This document shows, in pieces, positions 19,307-28,955 of a stretch of DNA of 64,000 bases. Made by a program: the position numbers and the translations under genes. Positions within the stretch are counted from its first letter, which is position 1. The number at the start of each line of letters is the position of its first letter. This DNA comes from Pseudomonadota bacterium (GTDB lineage Bacteria > Pseudomonadota > Gammaproteobacteria > Burkholderiales > Burkholderiaceae_C), in assembly GCA_039798945.1 (NCBI GenBank), contig JBDKFA010000352.1, positions 6,262 to 70,261 on the forward strand. The letters run 5' to 3'. The notes under the pieces were generated by a model. That model saw nothing but the letters and a program-made list of their open reading frames with translations, was not told the DNA's origin and searched no databases.

Positions 19307-20242
19307 TCAGCGCTCGCCGGGCCGGTACGGCTTCATCAGCGCCTGCGGGTAGGCTGCGCGCCGCGCCACGAGCACGAGCGCGACGATGGCCATTGCGTAG
19401 GGCAGCATCAGGTAGAGCTGGTAGGGCAGCTCGACCCCGAAGGCGCCGCTGCCGGCTTGTTGCAGGCGCAACTGCAGCGCGTCGAAGAAGGCGAAGACGA
19501 GCGCGCCGACAAGGGCCTTGCCCGGCCGCCACGAGGCGAAGACGACGAGCGCCACACACACCCAGCCGCGCCCGTTGACCATGTTGAAGAAGAAGGCGTT
19601 GAAGGCCGACAGCGTCAGGAAGGACCCGGCCACGCCCATCAGCGCGGAGCCCGCGCAGATGGCCCCGATGCGCAGCCCTTGCACGCTCAGGCCCTGGCCT
19701 TCGGCCGCAGCCGGGTTCTCGCCCACCATCCGCACCGCCAGCCCGAGCGGCGTGCGCATCAGCACCCAGCCCATCACCGGCACGAGCACGAGGGCCAGCA
19801 GCGTGAGCGGGGTTTGCGTGTCGAGCACCGGGATGGGCAGGCCTTCCATGGGCTGGAAGGTTTGCACCGTGGGCGGGCGTTCCACCTTCGGGAAGCTCAC
19901 ACGATAGGCGTAGCTCGCAAGCGACGTGGCCAGCAGCGTGATGCCGAGCCCCGAGACGTGCTGCGACAGCGACAGCGTGACCGTGAGCACGCCGTGCAGC
20001 AACCCGAAGGCGGCGCCGGTGAGCGCGGCCACCGCCACCCCGGTCCACAGCGTCGCGCCCTGGAACACCGCGAGCCAACCCGCGAAGGCCCCGGCCACCA
20101 TGATCCCCTCGATGCCGAGGTTGAGCACGCCCGCGCGCTCGCACAGCAGCACGCCGAGCGTGCCGAGGATGAGCGGCGTGGCGATGCGCAGCACCGCGGC
20201 CCAGAACGGGGCGGACAGCAGCAGCTCGAGGGTCTCGTTCAT
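19307..20242 (-). CDS. BMP-type ABC transporter permease
   Basis: CERAGVLNLGIEG, RMVGENP, GRGWVCVALVVF. Confidence 0.9.
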   Translation of the reverse strand: MNETLELLLSAPFWAAVLRIATPLILGTLGVLLCERAGVLNLGIEGIMVAGAFAGWLAVFQGATLWTGVAVAALTGAAFGLLHGVLTVTLSLSQHVSGLGITLLATSLASYAYRVSFPKVERPPTVQTFQPMEGLPIPVLDTQTPLTLLALVLVPVMGWVLMRTPLGLAVRMVGENPAAAEGQGLSVQGLRIGAICAGSALMGVAGSFLTLSAFNAFFFNMVNGRGWVCVALVVFASWRPGKALVGALVFAFFDALQLRLQQAGSGAFGVELPYQLYLMLPYAMAIVALVLVARRAAYPQALMKPYRPGER

Positions 20243-20330
20243 CGCACGCTCAGGGGTGACCCGCGGACGCTGCGGGGGGGGTCTCGTCGGGGGGCGGTGG
20301 CCACGGGGGGGGTTCCAAGTTGCCGTGCCC

Positions 20331-21389
20331 TCAGCGCCGCACGCGGTATTGCGTGAGCATCGTGGCCACGAGCATCGCAATGAGCGCCACCGCCACGATC
20401 ACGTCGGCGATGTAGGTGGGCACGTTCACGGCCCGGCTCATCGAGTCGGCCCCGACCAGCATGCCCGCCACGAACACCGCCGCGCCCACCACCGCCAGCG
20501 GGTTGAGCATCGCGAGCATCGCGATCACGATGCCGCTGTAGCCGTAGCCGGGGCTCATGTCGAGCGTGACATAGGCCGTGCGCCCGGCCACCTCGACGGC
20601 GCCGGCCAGGCCCGCCAGGGCACCGGAGAGCAGTGCCACGCCCACCGTGACGCGACTCACCGACATGCCGGCAAAGGCCGCCGCGCGGGGGCCCGAGCCG
20701 ACCGCGCGCAGCCGAAAGCCGAAGGTCGTGAAGCGCAGCAGCACCCACACCCCGACAGCCAATGCCACGGCGCCCACGAGCCCCGTGTGCACGCGGCTGC
20801 GCTCGACGAGCTTGTCCAGCTGCAACGCGTCTTGCAGCGCGACGCTTTGCGGCCAGCCGAGTGCGGTGGGGTCCTTCATCGGGCCGTCGAGCATGGCCGA
20901 GACGAAGAGCAGCACGATGAAATTCAGCAGCAGCGTCGTCACCACCTCGTCCACGCCCAGGCGCGCCTTGAGCAGCGCCGGCCCGAGCAGCAGGAGTGCT
21001 CCGGCGAGCATCGCCGCACCGAGCATGAGCACGAACAGCAGCGGCGCCGGCCACTCGAGCCCCGTTCCCCCATGCAGGCCGCCCACCGCCACGGCGGCCA
21101 GCGCACCCGCGTAGAGCTGCCCTTCGGCGCCAATGTTGTAGAGCTGCGCGCGGAAGGCCACTGCGGCCGCAAGCCCCGTGAGGATGAGCGGCGTGGCGCG
21201 AGTGAGCGTCTCGGTGAGCGCAAAGCGCGAGCCGAACCCGCCTTCGAGCAGCAGCACCCAGGCCCGGCCCACCGGGGCGCCCGCCCACGCCACGAGCAGC
21301 GAGGCCACCATCAGCGTGGCGGCCACCGCACCGAGCGTGGCGGCCGCCAGGTGCCAGCCCGAGGCTGAGGCGCGCCGCTCAAGCCGCAT
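20331..21389 (-). CDS. BMP-type ABC transporter permease
   Basis: YNIGAEGQ, DEVVTTLLLNF, GYGYSGIVIAMLA. Confidence 0.9.
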   Translation of the reverse strand: MRLERRASASGWHLAAATLGAVAATLMVASLLVAWAGAPVGRAWVLLLEGGFGSRFALTETLTRATPLILTGLAAAVAFRAQLYNIGAEGQLYAGALAAVAVGGLHGGTGLEWPAPLLFVLMLGAAMLAGALLLLGPALLKARLGVDEVVTTLLLNFIVLLFVSAMLDGPMKDPTALGWPQSVALQDALQLDKLVERSRVHTGLVGAVALAVGVWVLLRFTTFGFRLRAVGSGPRAAAFAGMSVSRVTVGVALLSGALAGLAGAVEVAGRTAYVTLDMSPGYGYSGIVIAMLAMLNPLAVVGAAVFVAGMLVGADSMSRAVNVPTYIADVIVAVALIAMLVATMLTQYRVRR

Positions 21390-23067
21390 GGGTCACCCCG
21401 GCTTCGTCCACCACCTTGGCCGGGGCTTCGGCACCGACGGGCCCTGCCGTGCCACCCGCCTCGCCACCGGCCATCGCCAGGCCGATGGAAGCGAGCGACC
21501 ACTGCGCGGATGGCCTCGCTGGCGTGAGCCGGCCCTGGTGCATCACGGCGATGCGGTCGGCCAGCGCGAAGATCTCGTCCAGGTCCTCGCTGACGAGCAG
21601 CACCGCGCTGCCGTCCGCGCAGGCGTCCAGCAGCTGCTGGTGCACGTAGGCCACGGCGCCGACATCCAAGCCCCAGGTCGGCTGGTTGGCCACGATGAGC
21701 GCTGGCGCGGCGCCCTCGCCCGCGACGCCCAGCGCGCGCCCGAGGATGAGCTTTTGCATGTTGCCGCCCGACAGCGCGCGCGTGGGCGTGTCCACGCCCG
21801 CGGCCTGCGTGCCGCGCACGTCGAACCGCTCCACGATGCGCTGCGCGTGTGCGCGTGCCGCGCCGCGCCGCAGCCAGCCTGCGCGCGAGAAGGCGGGGCT
21901 GGCCACCTGCTCGAGCACCGCGTTCTCCCACAGCGCGAGGTCGCCCACCACGCCCACGGCCTGGCGGTCCTCGGGAATACGGGCCACATGCGCCTCGACG
22001 AAGGCGCGCGGCTGGGGCGGCAGGCGCTTGCCCGCCACCTCCAGCGTGCCCGCGTCCAGGCCGCGCTCACCGCCGAGCACCTCGGCGAGGGCCTGCTGGC
22101 CGTTGCCCGCGACGCCGGCCACCGCCACCACCTCGCCCATGTGTACGGTGAGGTCCACCGCGTCGAGCAGCGGGCACGGCCCGTCGCCGCGCACGGTGCC
22201 GCCGCGCAGGCTCAGCACGGGCAAGCCCGAGGGTCCGGTCGAAACCCCCTCCACCTGCTCGGCCCGCTCGGCCCCCTCGACCCTCTCGGCCACCGCGGCA
22301 GCGCTCGCCGCACGCCGCACCGCCGGCGCCACCGTGCGCCCGACCATCGCCTCGGCCAAGTCCCGCCGGCTCGCACCCGCGGCCGGGAGCTCGGCCACCA
22401 GGCGCCCGCCGCGCAGCACCGCGATGCGGTGCGACACGCGCAGCACCTCGTCGAGCTTGTGGCTGATGAAGATCACCGACAGCCCACGCGCCACCATCTG
22501 CCCCAAGGTGGTGAACAAGGACTCACTTTCCTGGGGAGTGAGCACCGCCGTGGGTTCGTCCAGGATCAGGATGCGCGCACCGCGCTTGCGGCCGAAGGCG
22601 ACCAGCGCCTTCAGGATCTCCACGCGCTGGCGCTCACCCACCGAGAGCGCGCCTACGCGGGCGTCGGGGTCCACCGCCAGGCCGAAGTCGCGCGCGGCCT
22701 GCTCGAGTGCTCGTCGCGCCTGCGCGCGGCGCGAGAAGGGCTGCCACAGGCTCTCGGTGCCGAGCATCACGTTGTCGAGCACGCTCAGGTTGTCCGCGAG
22801 CGTGAAGTGCTGGTGCACCATGCCGATGCCCGCGGCCAGCGCCGCGCGCGGCTGGCCCGGGGGCAGCGGCTCGCCGTAGACCTCGATCGTGCCGGCATCG
22901 GCCACGTAGTGGCCGAAGAGGATCGACACGAGCGTACTCTTGCCCGCCCCGTTCTCGCCCAGCAGCGCGAGCACCTCGCCCGCGCCGAGCTCGAGCGTGA
23001 TCGCGTCATTGGCCACCAGCGCGCCGAAGCGCTTGGTGATGCCGGAAAGCCTGAGCACCGGTGCCAT
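21379..23067 (-). CDS. BMP-type ABC transporter ATP-binding protein
   Basis: GENGAGKST, LDEPT, SGGNMQK, QPTWGLD. Confidence 0.92.
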   Translation of the reverse strand: MAPVLRLSGITKRFGALVANDAITLELGAGEVLALLGENGAGKSTLVSILFGHYVADAGTIEVYGEPLPPGQPRAALAAGIGMVHQHFTLADNLSVLDNVMLGTESLWQPFSRRAQARRALEQAARDFGLAVDPDARVGALSVGERQRVEILKALVAFGRKRGARILILDEPTAVLTPQESESLFTTLGQMVARGLSVIFISHKLDEVLRVSHRIAVLRGGRLVAELPAAGASRRDLAEAMVGRTVAPAVRRAASAAAVAERVEGAERAEQVEGVSTGPSGLPVLSLRGGTVRGDGPCPLLDAVDLTVHMGEVVAVAGVAGNGQQALAEVLGGERGLDAGTLEVAGKRLPPQPRAFVEAHVARIPEDRQAVGVVGDLALWENAVLEQVASPAFSRAGWLRRGAARAHAQRIVERFDVRGTQAAGVDTPTRALSGGNMQKLILGRALGVAGEGAAPALIVANQPTWGLDVGAVAYVHQQLLDACADGSAVLLVSEDLDEIFALADRIAVMHQGRLTPARPSAQWSLASIGLAMAGGEAGGTAGPVGAEAPAKVVDEAGVTHAA

Positions 23068-23089
23068 CGCCGACTCTGCCCCGCGACGC

Positions 23090-23833
23090 TCAGGCGCCGA
23101 GCTGGCGCGCGAGGTCGACGAAATCCTCGGCCACGAGGTCGAACTCGCCCCGTGTCCACGCCTCCATCGGCCCGCCCGCGCCCCGCTCCAGCGGCCGCGG
23201 CACGTAGGCCGTGCGCAACCCCGCGCGCGCGGCGCCGCGCAGGTCGCTCGGGTGCGCGGCCACCATCAGCACCTGCTCGGGCGGCAGGTCCAGCAGCCGT
23301 GCGGCGCCGCGGTAGCACTCCGGGTCGGGCTTGTAGTGGCCGAAGAGCTCGGCCGAGAAGATCGCGTCCCAGGGCAGGCCGGCGTGCCGCGCCATCGCCA
23401 GCAGCAGCGAGACGTTGCCGTTGGACAGCGTGGCCACCGGGTAGCGCCGCTTCAACTGAGTGAGCCCCTCCACACTGTCCGGCCAGGGCCGGAGGCGGTG
23501 CCAGACGCGGTTGAACTCGGCCGCCTCGGCCTCCTCCAGCACGAGCCCGCGCTCGGCGAGCAGCCCATCGAGGATGCGCCGGTGCAGCGCGTCGATGTTC
23601 GCCCACGGCCACTCGCCGCGGCGCACACGGTCCATCGAGAGCGGGTAGCCCGCGCGCCAGGCGTCGGCGAAGGCCGGCCAGTCGACCGCGGCGAAGGCCT
23701 CGCCATGCCCGCCTTGCCCCCTCGCCGCCGCCAGGCGTGCGCCCAGCGCCCGCCCCTCGGCGATGACGCTCGAGCGCCAGTCGACGACGGTGCCGAAGAC
23801 GTCGAAGACGAGCGCGCGGACCTCCCCCGTCAC
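23090..23833 (-). CDS. HAD-superfamily hydrolase, haloacid dehalogenase type II-like
   Basis: FDVFGTVVDWR, LSNGN, YKPDP, VAAHPSDL. GTG overlaps the stop of the SBP gene. Confidence 0.88.
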   Translation of the reverse strand: MTGEVRALVFDVFGTVVDWRSSVIAEGRALGARLAAARGQGGHGEAFAAVDWPAFADAWRAGYPLSMDRVRRGEWPWANIDALHRRILDGLLAERGLVLEEAEAAEFNRVWHRLRPWPDSVEGLTQLKRRYPVATLSNGNVSLLLAMARHAGLPWDAIFSAELFGHYKPDPECYRGAARLLDLPPEQVLMVAAHPSDLRGAARAGLRTAYVPRPLERGAGGPMEAWTRGEFDLVAEDFVDLARQLGA

Positions 23834-24825
23834 TTCGCCGTGGCCTTGGGCGCGTTGTCGTCCACCTTGACGGTGAACTTGCCCTCCAGAATTTCCTTCT
23901 GGCGCTGCGCGACCTTGTCCATCACAGCCTTGGGCACCTTGCCCTCGAAGGTGCCCAGCGGCGAGAGCTCCGAGCCCTTGTACTTCATCATCGAGTACTG
24001 GCCGTAGTCCTCAGCCTTGAACTTGCCTTCCTTCACCGCCTTGATGGCGCGGTCGATGGTGGGCTCCATGTTCCACAGCGCCGAGGCCACCACCGTCTCG
24101 GGGTAGTCCTTCTGCGTGTTGATCACGTTGCCAATCGCCAGCACCTTGCGCTCCTTGGCCGCGTCGCTGACGCCGAAGCGCTCGGCGTACATCACGTCCG
24201 CGCCCTTGTCGATCATCGCGAAGGCTGCCTCCTTCGCCTTGGGCGGGTCGAACCAGCTGTTGATGAAGGTGACCATGAAGGTCACCTTCGGGTTGCTCTC
24301 CTTGGCGCCGGCCATGAAGGCGTTCATGAGCCGGTTCACCTCGGGGATCGGGTAGCCACCCACCATGCCGATCTTGCCGCTCTTGCTCATCGCCCCGGCG
24401 ATCAGCCCGGTGAGGTAGGCCGGCTCCTGGATGTAGTTGTCGAAGACGCTGAAGTTCGGCGCCTGCGGCTTGCCCGAGCTGCCCATCAGGAAGCTCACCT
24501 TCGGGTACTCCTTGGCCACCTTGCGCGCAGCCGCCTCCACCGCGAAGGACTCGCCCACGATCAGCGTGTTGCCCTTCTCGGCGTACTGGCGCATCACGCG
24601 CTCGTAGTCGGCGTTGGCGACCTTCTCGCTGAACTCGTACTCGATCTCCCCGCGCGCAGCGGCGGCCTTGAGCGCCTTGTCGATGCGGCTCACCCACTGC
24701 TGCTCCACCGGCACGGTGTAGATGGCGGCCACCTTGAGCTTGGCTTGCGCGAGCGCGGGGCCGGCAGCGGCCAGCAGCGCGGCTGCGGCCACGGCGGCCA
24801 GGAGGGGACGGCGAGTAGACGACAT
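23830..24825 (-). CDS. BMP-family ABC transporter substrate-binding protein (purine/nucleoside type)
   Basis: Signal peptide SSTRRPLLAA...ALAQA; EQQWVSRI, IQEPAYLTG, SWFDPPKAKE, AERFGV. ATG follows AAGGAG. Confidence 0.92.
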   Translation of the reverse strand: MSSTRRPLLAAVAAAALLAAAGPALAQAKLKVAAIYTVPVEQQWVSRIDKALKAAAARGEIEYEFSEKVANADYERVMRQYAEKGNTLIVGESFAVEAAARKVAKEYPKVSFLMGSSGKPQAPNFSVFDNYIQEPAYLTGLIAGAMSKSGKIGMVGGYPIPEVNRLMNAFMAGAKESNPKVTFMVTFINSWFDPPKAKEAAFAMIDKGADVMYAERFGVSDAAKERKVLAIGNVINTQKDYPETVVASALWNMEPTIDRAIKAVKEGKFKAEDYGQYSMMKYKGSELSPLGTFEGKVPKAVMDKVAQRQKEILEGKFTVKVDDNAPKATAK

Positions 24826-24874
24826 GGGTGAGGCTCCTTGTGGGCTGAGACGACGGGGAGGTAGGCGCAACGGA

Positions 24875-24897
24875 ACGCGACGCGACGCGACGCGACG
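24875..24897 (+). repeat. 5-bp microsatellite (ACGCG)x4 in the SBP leader
   Basis: acgcg acgcg acgcg acgcg acg. Confidence 0.75.
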
Positions 24898-24910
24898 AGA
24901 TCCGGCATTA

Positions 24911-24970
24911 GGCCACGCAATTTCCGCGCCCGGAATCCGGGGTGCCCCGCTGTCTGCCTCAGGAGCGACC
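24911..24970 (-). ncRNA. Candidate xanthine riboswitch (NMT1-motif-like)
   Basis: Minus-strand leader reads GCAGACAGCG...CCCGG-AUU-CCGGG...CGGAAAUUGC about 90 nt upstream of a BMP SBP. The 3' CGGAAAUUGC and the GCA/UGC pairing resemble the NMT1 motif as I recall it. The 5' junction has an extra base and P1 is short. Confidence 0.45.
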
Positions 24971-25018
24971 GCCGTCCGCAGGCCGTCCACCCAACCCCGC
25001 ACGCGGCCCGCCGCCTAG

Positions 25019-26437
<1,419 letters not shown>

Positions 26438-26526
26438 CCCGCTGCGCCTACGCACCCGCACCCCGTCCATACCACGTCCGCCCCCGCTTAGCCGGTCGCC
26501 CGCCACCGCCTCCGCCGCCGCCCGCC

Positions 26527-27390
26527 ATGACCTTCCTCGACCAGCTGCTCGCCGCCGAGCGCGCCCACGACTCGCTGCTGTGCGTGGGGCTCGACCCCGA
26601 ACCCGCGAAGTTCCCCGGTGACTGGCAGGGCGACGCCTCGCGCATCTACGACTTCTGCGCCGCGATCGTGGACGCCACGTGCGACCTCGTGCTCGCCTTC
26701 AAGCCGCAGGTGGCCTACTTCGCGGCCCACCGTGCCGAGGCGCAGCTTGAGCGGCTCGTTGCGCACATCCATGCCCGCGCGCCGGGCGTGCCGGTGATCC
26801 TGGACGCCAAGCGCGGGGACATCGGCGCCACCGCCGAGCAGTACGCGCGCGAGGCCTTCGAGCGCTACCAGGCCGATGCGGTCACGCTCTCGCCCTTCAT
26901 GGGCTTCGATTCCGTGGAGCCCTTCCTGCGCCACGCCGGCAAGGGCGTGATCCTGCTGTGCCGCACCTCCAATCCGGGCGGCGACGACCTGCAGGCACAG
27001 CGGCTCGCCAGCGGCGAGCGGCTGTACGAGCACATCGCCCGTCTGGCCGCCGGCGCCTGGAACACCACCGGGCAGCTCGGGCTGGTGGTGGGGGCGACCT
27101 ACCCGCAGGAGCTCGCCCGCGTGCGCGAACTCGCGCCCGCGCTGCCGCTGCTGATCCCGGGCGTGGGCGCCCAAGGCGGTGATGCCGCGGCGACCGTGCG
27201 TGCCGCCTGGCGCGGCCACCGCGACGACCAGGGGCGCACGACGACGAGCTCGCCCATCATCGTCAACTCCTCCCGGGCCGTCCTGTACGCCAGCCGCGGC
27301 CCCGACTTCGCGCAGGCCGCCCGCGCCGCCGCACAGGCCACGCGCGCCGAACTGCAAGCCGCATGCGCCTGCACAATCGGCCCGACCTGA
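26527..27390 (+). CDS. pyrF: Orotidine-5'-phosphate decarboxylase (subfamily 2)
   Basis: [51 protein letters not shown]. Confidence 0.95.
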   Translation: MTFLDQLLAAERAHDSLLCVGLDPEPAKFPGDWQGDASRIYDFCAAIVDATCDLVLAFKPQVAYFAAHRAEAQLERLVAHIHARAPGVPVILDAKRGDIGATAEQYAREAFERYQADAVTLSPFMGFDSVEPFLRHAGKGVILLCRTSNPGGDDLQAQRLASGERLYEHIARLAAGAWNTTGQLGLVVGATYPQELARVRELAPALPLLIPGVGAQGGDAAATVRAAWRGHRDDQGRTTTSSPIIVNSSRAVLYASRGPDFAQAARAAAQATRAELQAACACTIGPT

Positions 27391-27506
27391 GCATTCCAGC
27401 ACGATACCCCCGAACCGAGGGGGAGGGGCTTGCCCTGGAAGACCTGCGCTTTCGCTAGATTGCACGAGGGTGCCCCCGTCTCGGCGGGGCTCCGCTTCGC
27501 ACGCCC

Positions 27507-28241
27507 ATGTCCATCACCCTCGCCACCGCGCTGGTCGCGGCCACCGTCACCCTGCCGTCCTGCTCGTGGGACCGGCCGGGCGCCGACCCGTACATGGGGG
27601 ACATCGAGGCTGCGGTGGACCGCTACCGCGACATTCCGCCCGACGTGCGCGCACGCCTGAAGGCCAAGATGCGCCAGCGCGCCTACGACGACATCGCGGC
27701 CATCACGCGCGACAAGATCGAGGGCAAGCGCAGCTACTCGAACCTGCGCGACATGCACTTCGGCAACGGGCGCGTCTGCCGCGAGGTGGGGCGCAGCAAG
27801 TGGAAGCCTGAGGCGGTGGAGCGCGGACTCGTCTACTGCGAGGGCGAGCACTGCCTGATCGTCCCCACGGTGTGCCGCAACGTCAGCCGCGTCACGCTGG
27901 AGCAGGCCCACAACCCGAAGACGGCCGCAGGCCCCGCGGACGAGCCGCTCGACCTGCCCTCCAGCGGCGGCCCCAACATGCTCCGCGGCCAGCGCTTCCT
28001 CGACGAGACCGACCCGCTGCCCGCGCGCATCCGCTCGCTGGAGCCGCCCCCGGGCGAACTGACTTTCGACCCGCCCGCCCTGGGGCAGGAGCCACCCCCC
28101 GAGCTGCCGCGCGAGCCGCTGCCCGATCCGAGCCCGCCGATCCCCCCTCCGCCCATCCCCGAGCCCTCCACCTGGGCGCTGATGGCCCTGGGCCTGGCTA
28201 TGGTGGCCAGGCAGGCGCGGCGCGCACGGGCCTCCTCCTAG
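27507..28241 (+). CDS. MHFG-family PEP-CTERM protein
   Basis: N-terminal hydrophobic leader, CSWDRPG, MHFG motif, Cys-rich core (CEGEHC...VCRNVSR), Pro-rich linker, C-terminal IPEPSTWALMALGLAMVARQARR sorting signal. Confidence 0.9.
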   Translation: MSITLATALVAATVTLPSCSWDRPGADPYMGDIEAAVDRYRDIPPDVRARLKAKMRQRAYDDIAAITRDKIEGKRSYSNLRDMHFGNGRVCREVGRSKWKPEAVERGLVYCEGEHCLIVPTVCRNVSRVTLEQAHNPKTAAGPADEPLDLPSSGGPNMLRGQRFLDETDPLPARIRSLEPPPGELTFDPPALGQEPPPELPREPLPDPSPPIPPPPIPEPSTWALMALGLAMVARQARRARASS

Positions 28242-28936
28242 AAGCCTTCGGCCCGCACGCGGCTGGCCAGGTCGGGCCAGCGCGCCATCTTGCTGGCGTC
28301 GCCCAGGCGCCGGTCCTGGCCGGCCTGTGCGCGCCAGGTGCCCTCGGCATTGAAGACGTAGGTGGGCGGCGACAGGTCCGTGCGAAGCGATGCCGGGTGC
28401 ATCTCGCGCACCACGTTGTCCAGGATCAGCGGCTCGGCGCTGGGTTGGGGGTAGTAGGCGAGCACCATGTGCGCCACGCTCGTCTCGCCGGGCCGCTCCG
28501 GCGCGGCAGGCGGCACCGAGATCGCCACATAGGCCATGCGCAGCTTGGCATGCGGCACGCCGGCCGCCACGAGGGTGAAGTACTTGGCGATCACGAAGTC
28601 CTCGCAGTCGCCGCGCCCCTTGTCGAGCGTCTGCAGCGGGCTCGCCCAGTACTCCTGCTGATTCCACACGGCCATGTCGCTGTCGTAGCGGATGCGCGCG
28701 TTGTAGAACTCGTTGACTTCGCGCGCCTTCACCACCTCGTCGGCTGCTGCCAGGCGCTGCACGAGCGCCAGCAAATCGCGCGCGCCGGCCTCGGCGCGAG
28801 GCCCGAGGCCGGCAGCGGCCACTCGCAGCTGCTCCGCGTCCAGCGCCAGGGCCGGGGCTGGGGCCAGCAGGAGCAGCGCCGCACAGCCGAGCGCGGCGGT
28901 GGCGGCGACAGCACCTTGGCGCAGTCCAGCGCCCAT
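28238..28936 (-). CDS. lapG: LapG-like transglutaminase-like cysteine protease (copy 1)
   Basis: Signal peptide; YWASP, GRGDCED (Cys), HMVLAYY (His), ILDN (Asp); in line with lapD. Confidence 0.9.
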   Translation of the reverse strand: MGAGLRQGAVAATAALGCAALLLLAPAPALALDAEQLRVAAAGLGPRAEAGARDLLALVQRLAAADEVVKAREVNEFYNARIRYDSDMAVWNQQEYWASPLQTLDKGRGDCEDFVIAKYFTLVAAGVPHAKLRMAYVAISVPPAAPERPGETSVAHMVLAYYPQPSAEPLILDNVVREMHPASLRTDLSPPTYVFNAEGTWRAQAGQDRRLGDASKMARWPDLASRVRAEGF

Positions 28937-28955
28937 GCCCGGCTCGACCGCGACC

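Noticed and set aside
15756-20144. 1462-aa ORF on the minus strand
   Set aside because: Low-complexity Arg/Ala/Gly shadow frame over the MFS, deoA and permease genes; only the last 259 codons look like a real protein.
27391-27506. Sigma-54 promoter or PrsR box upstream of the PEP-CTERM gene
   Set aside because: No correctly spaced GG-N10-GC or clear TTTACA box was found.
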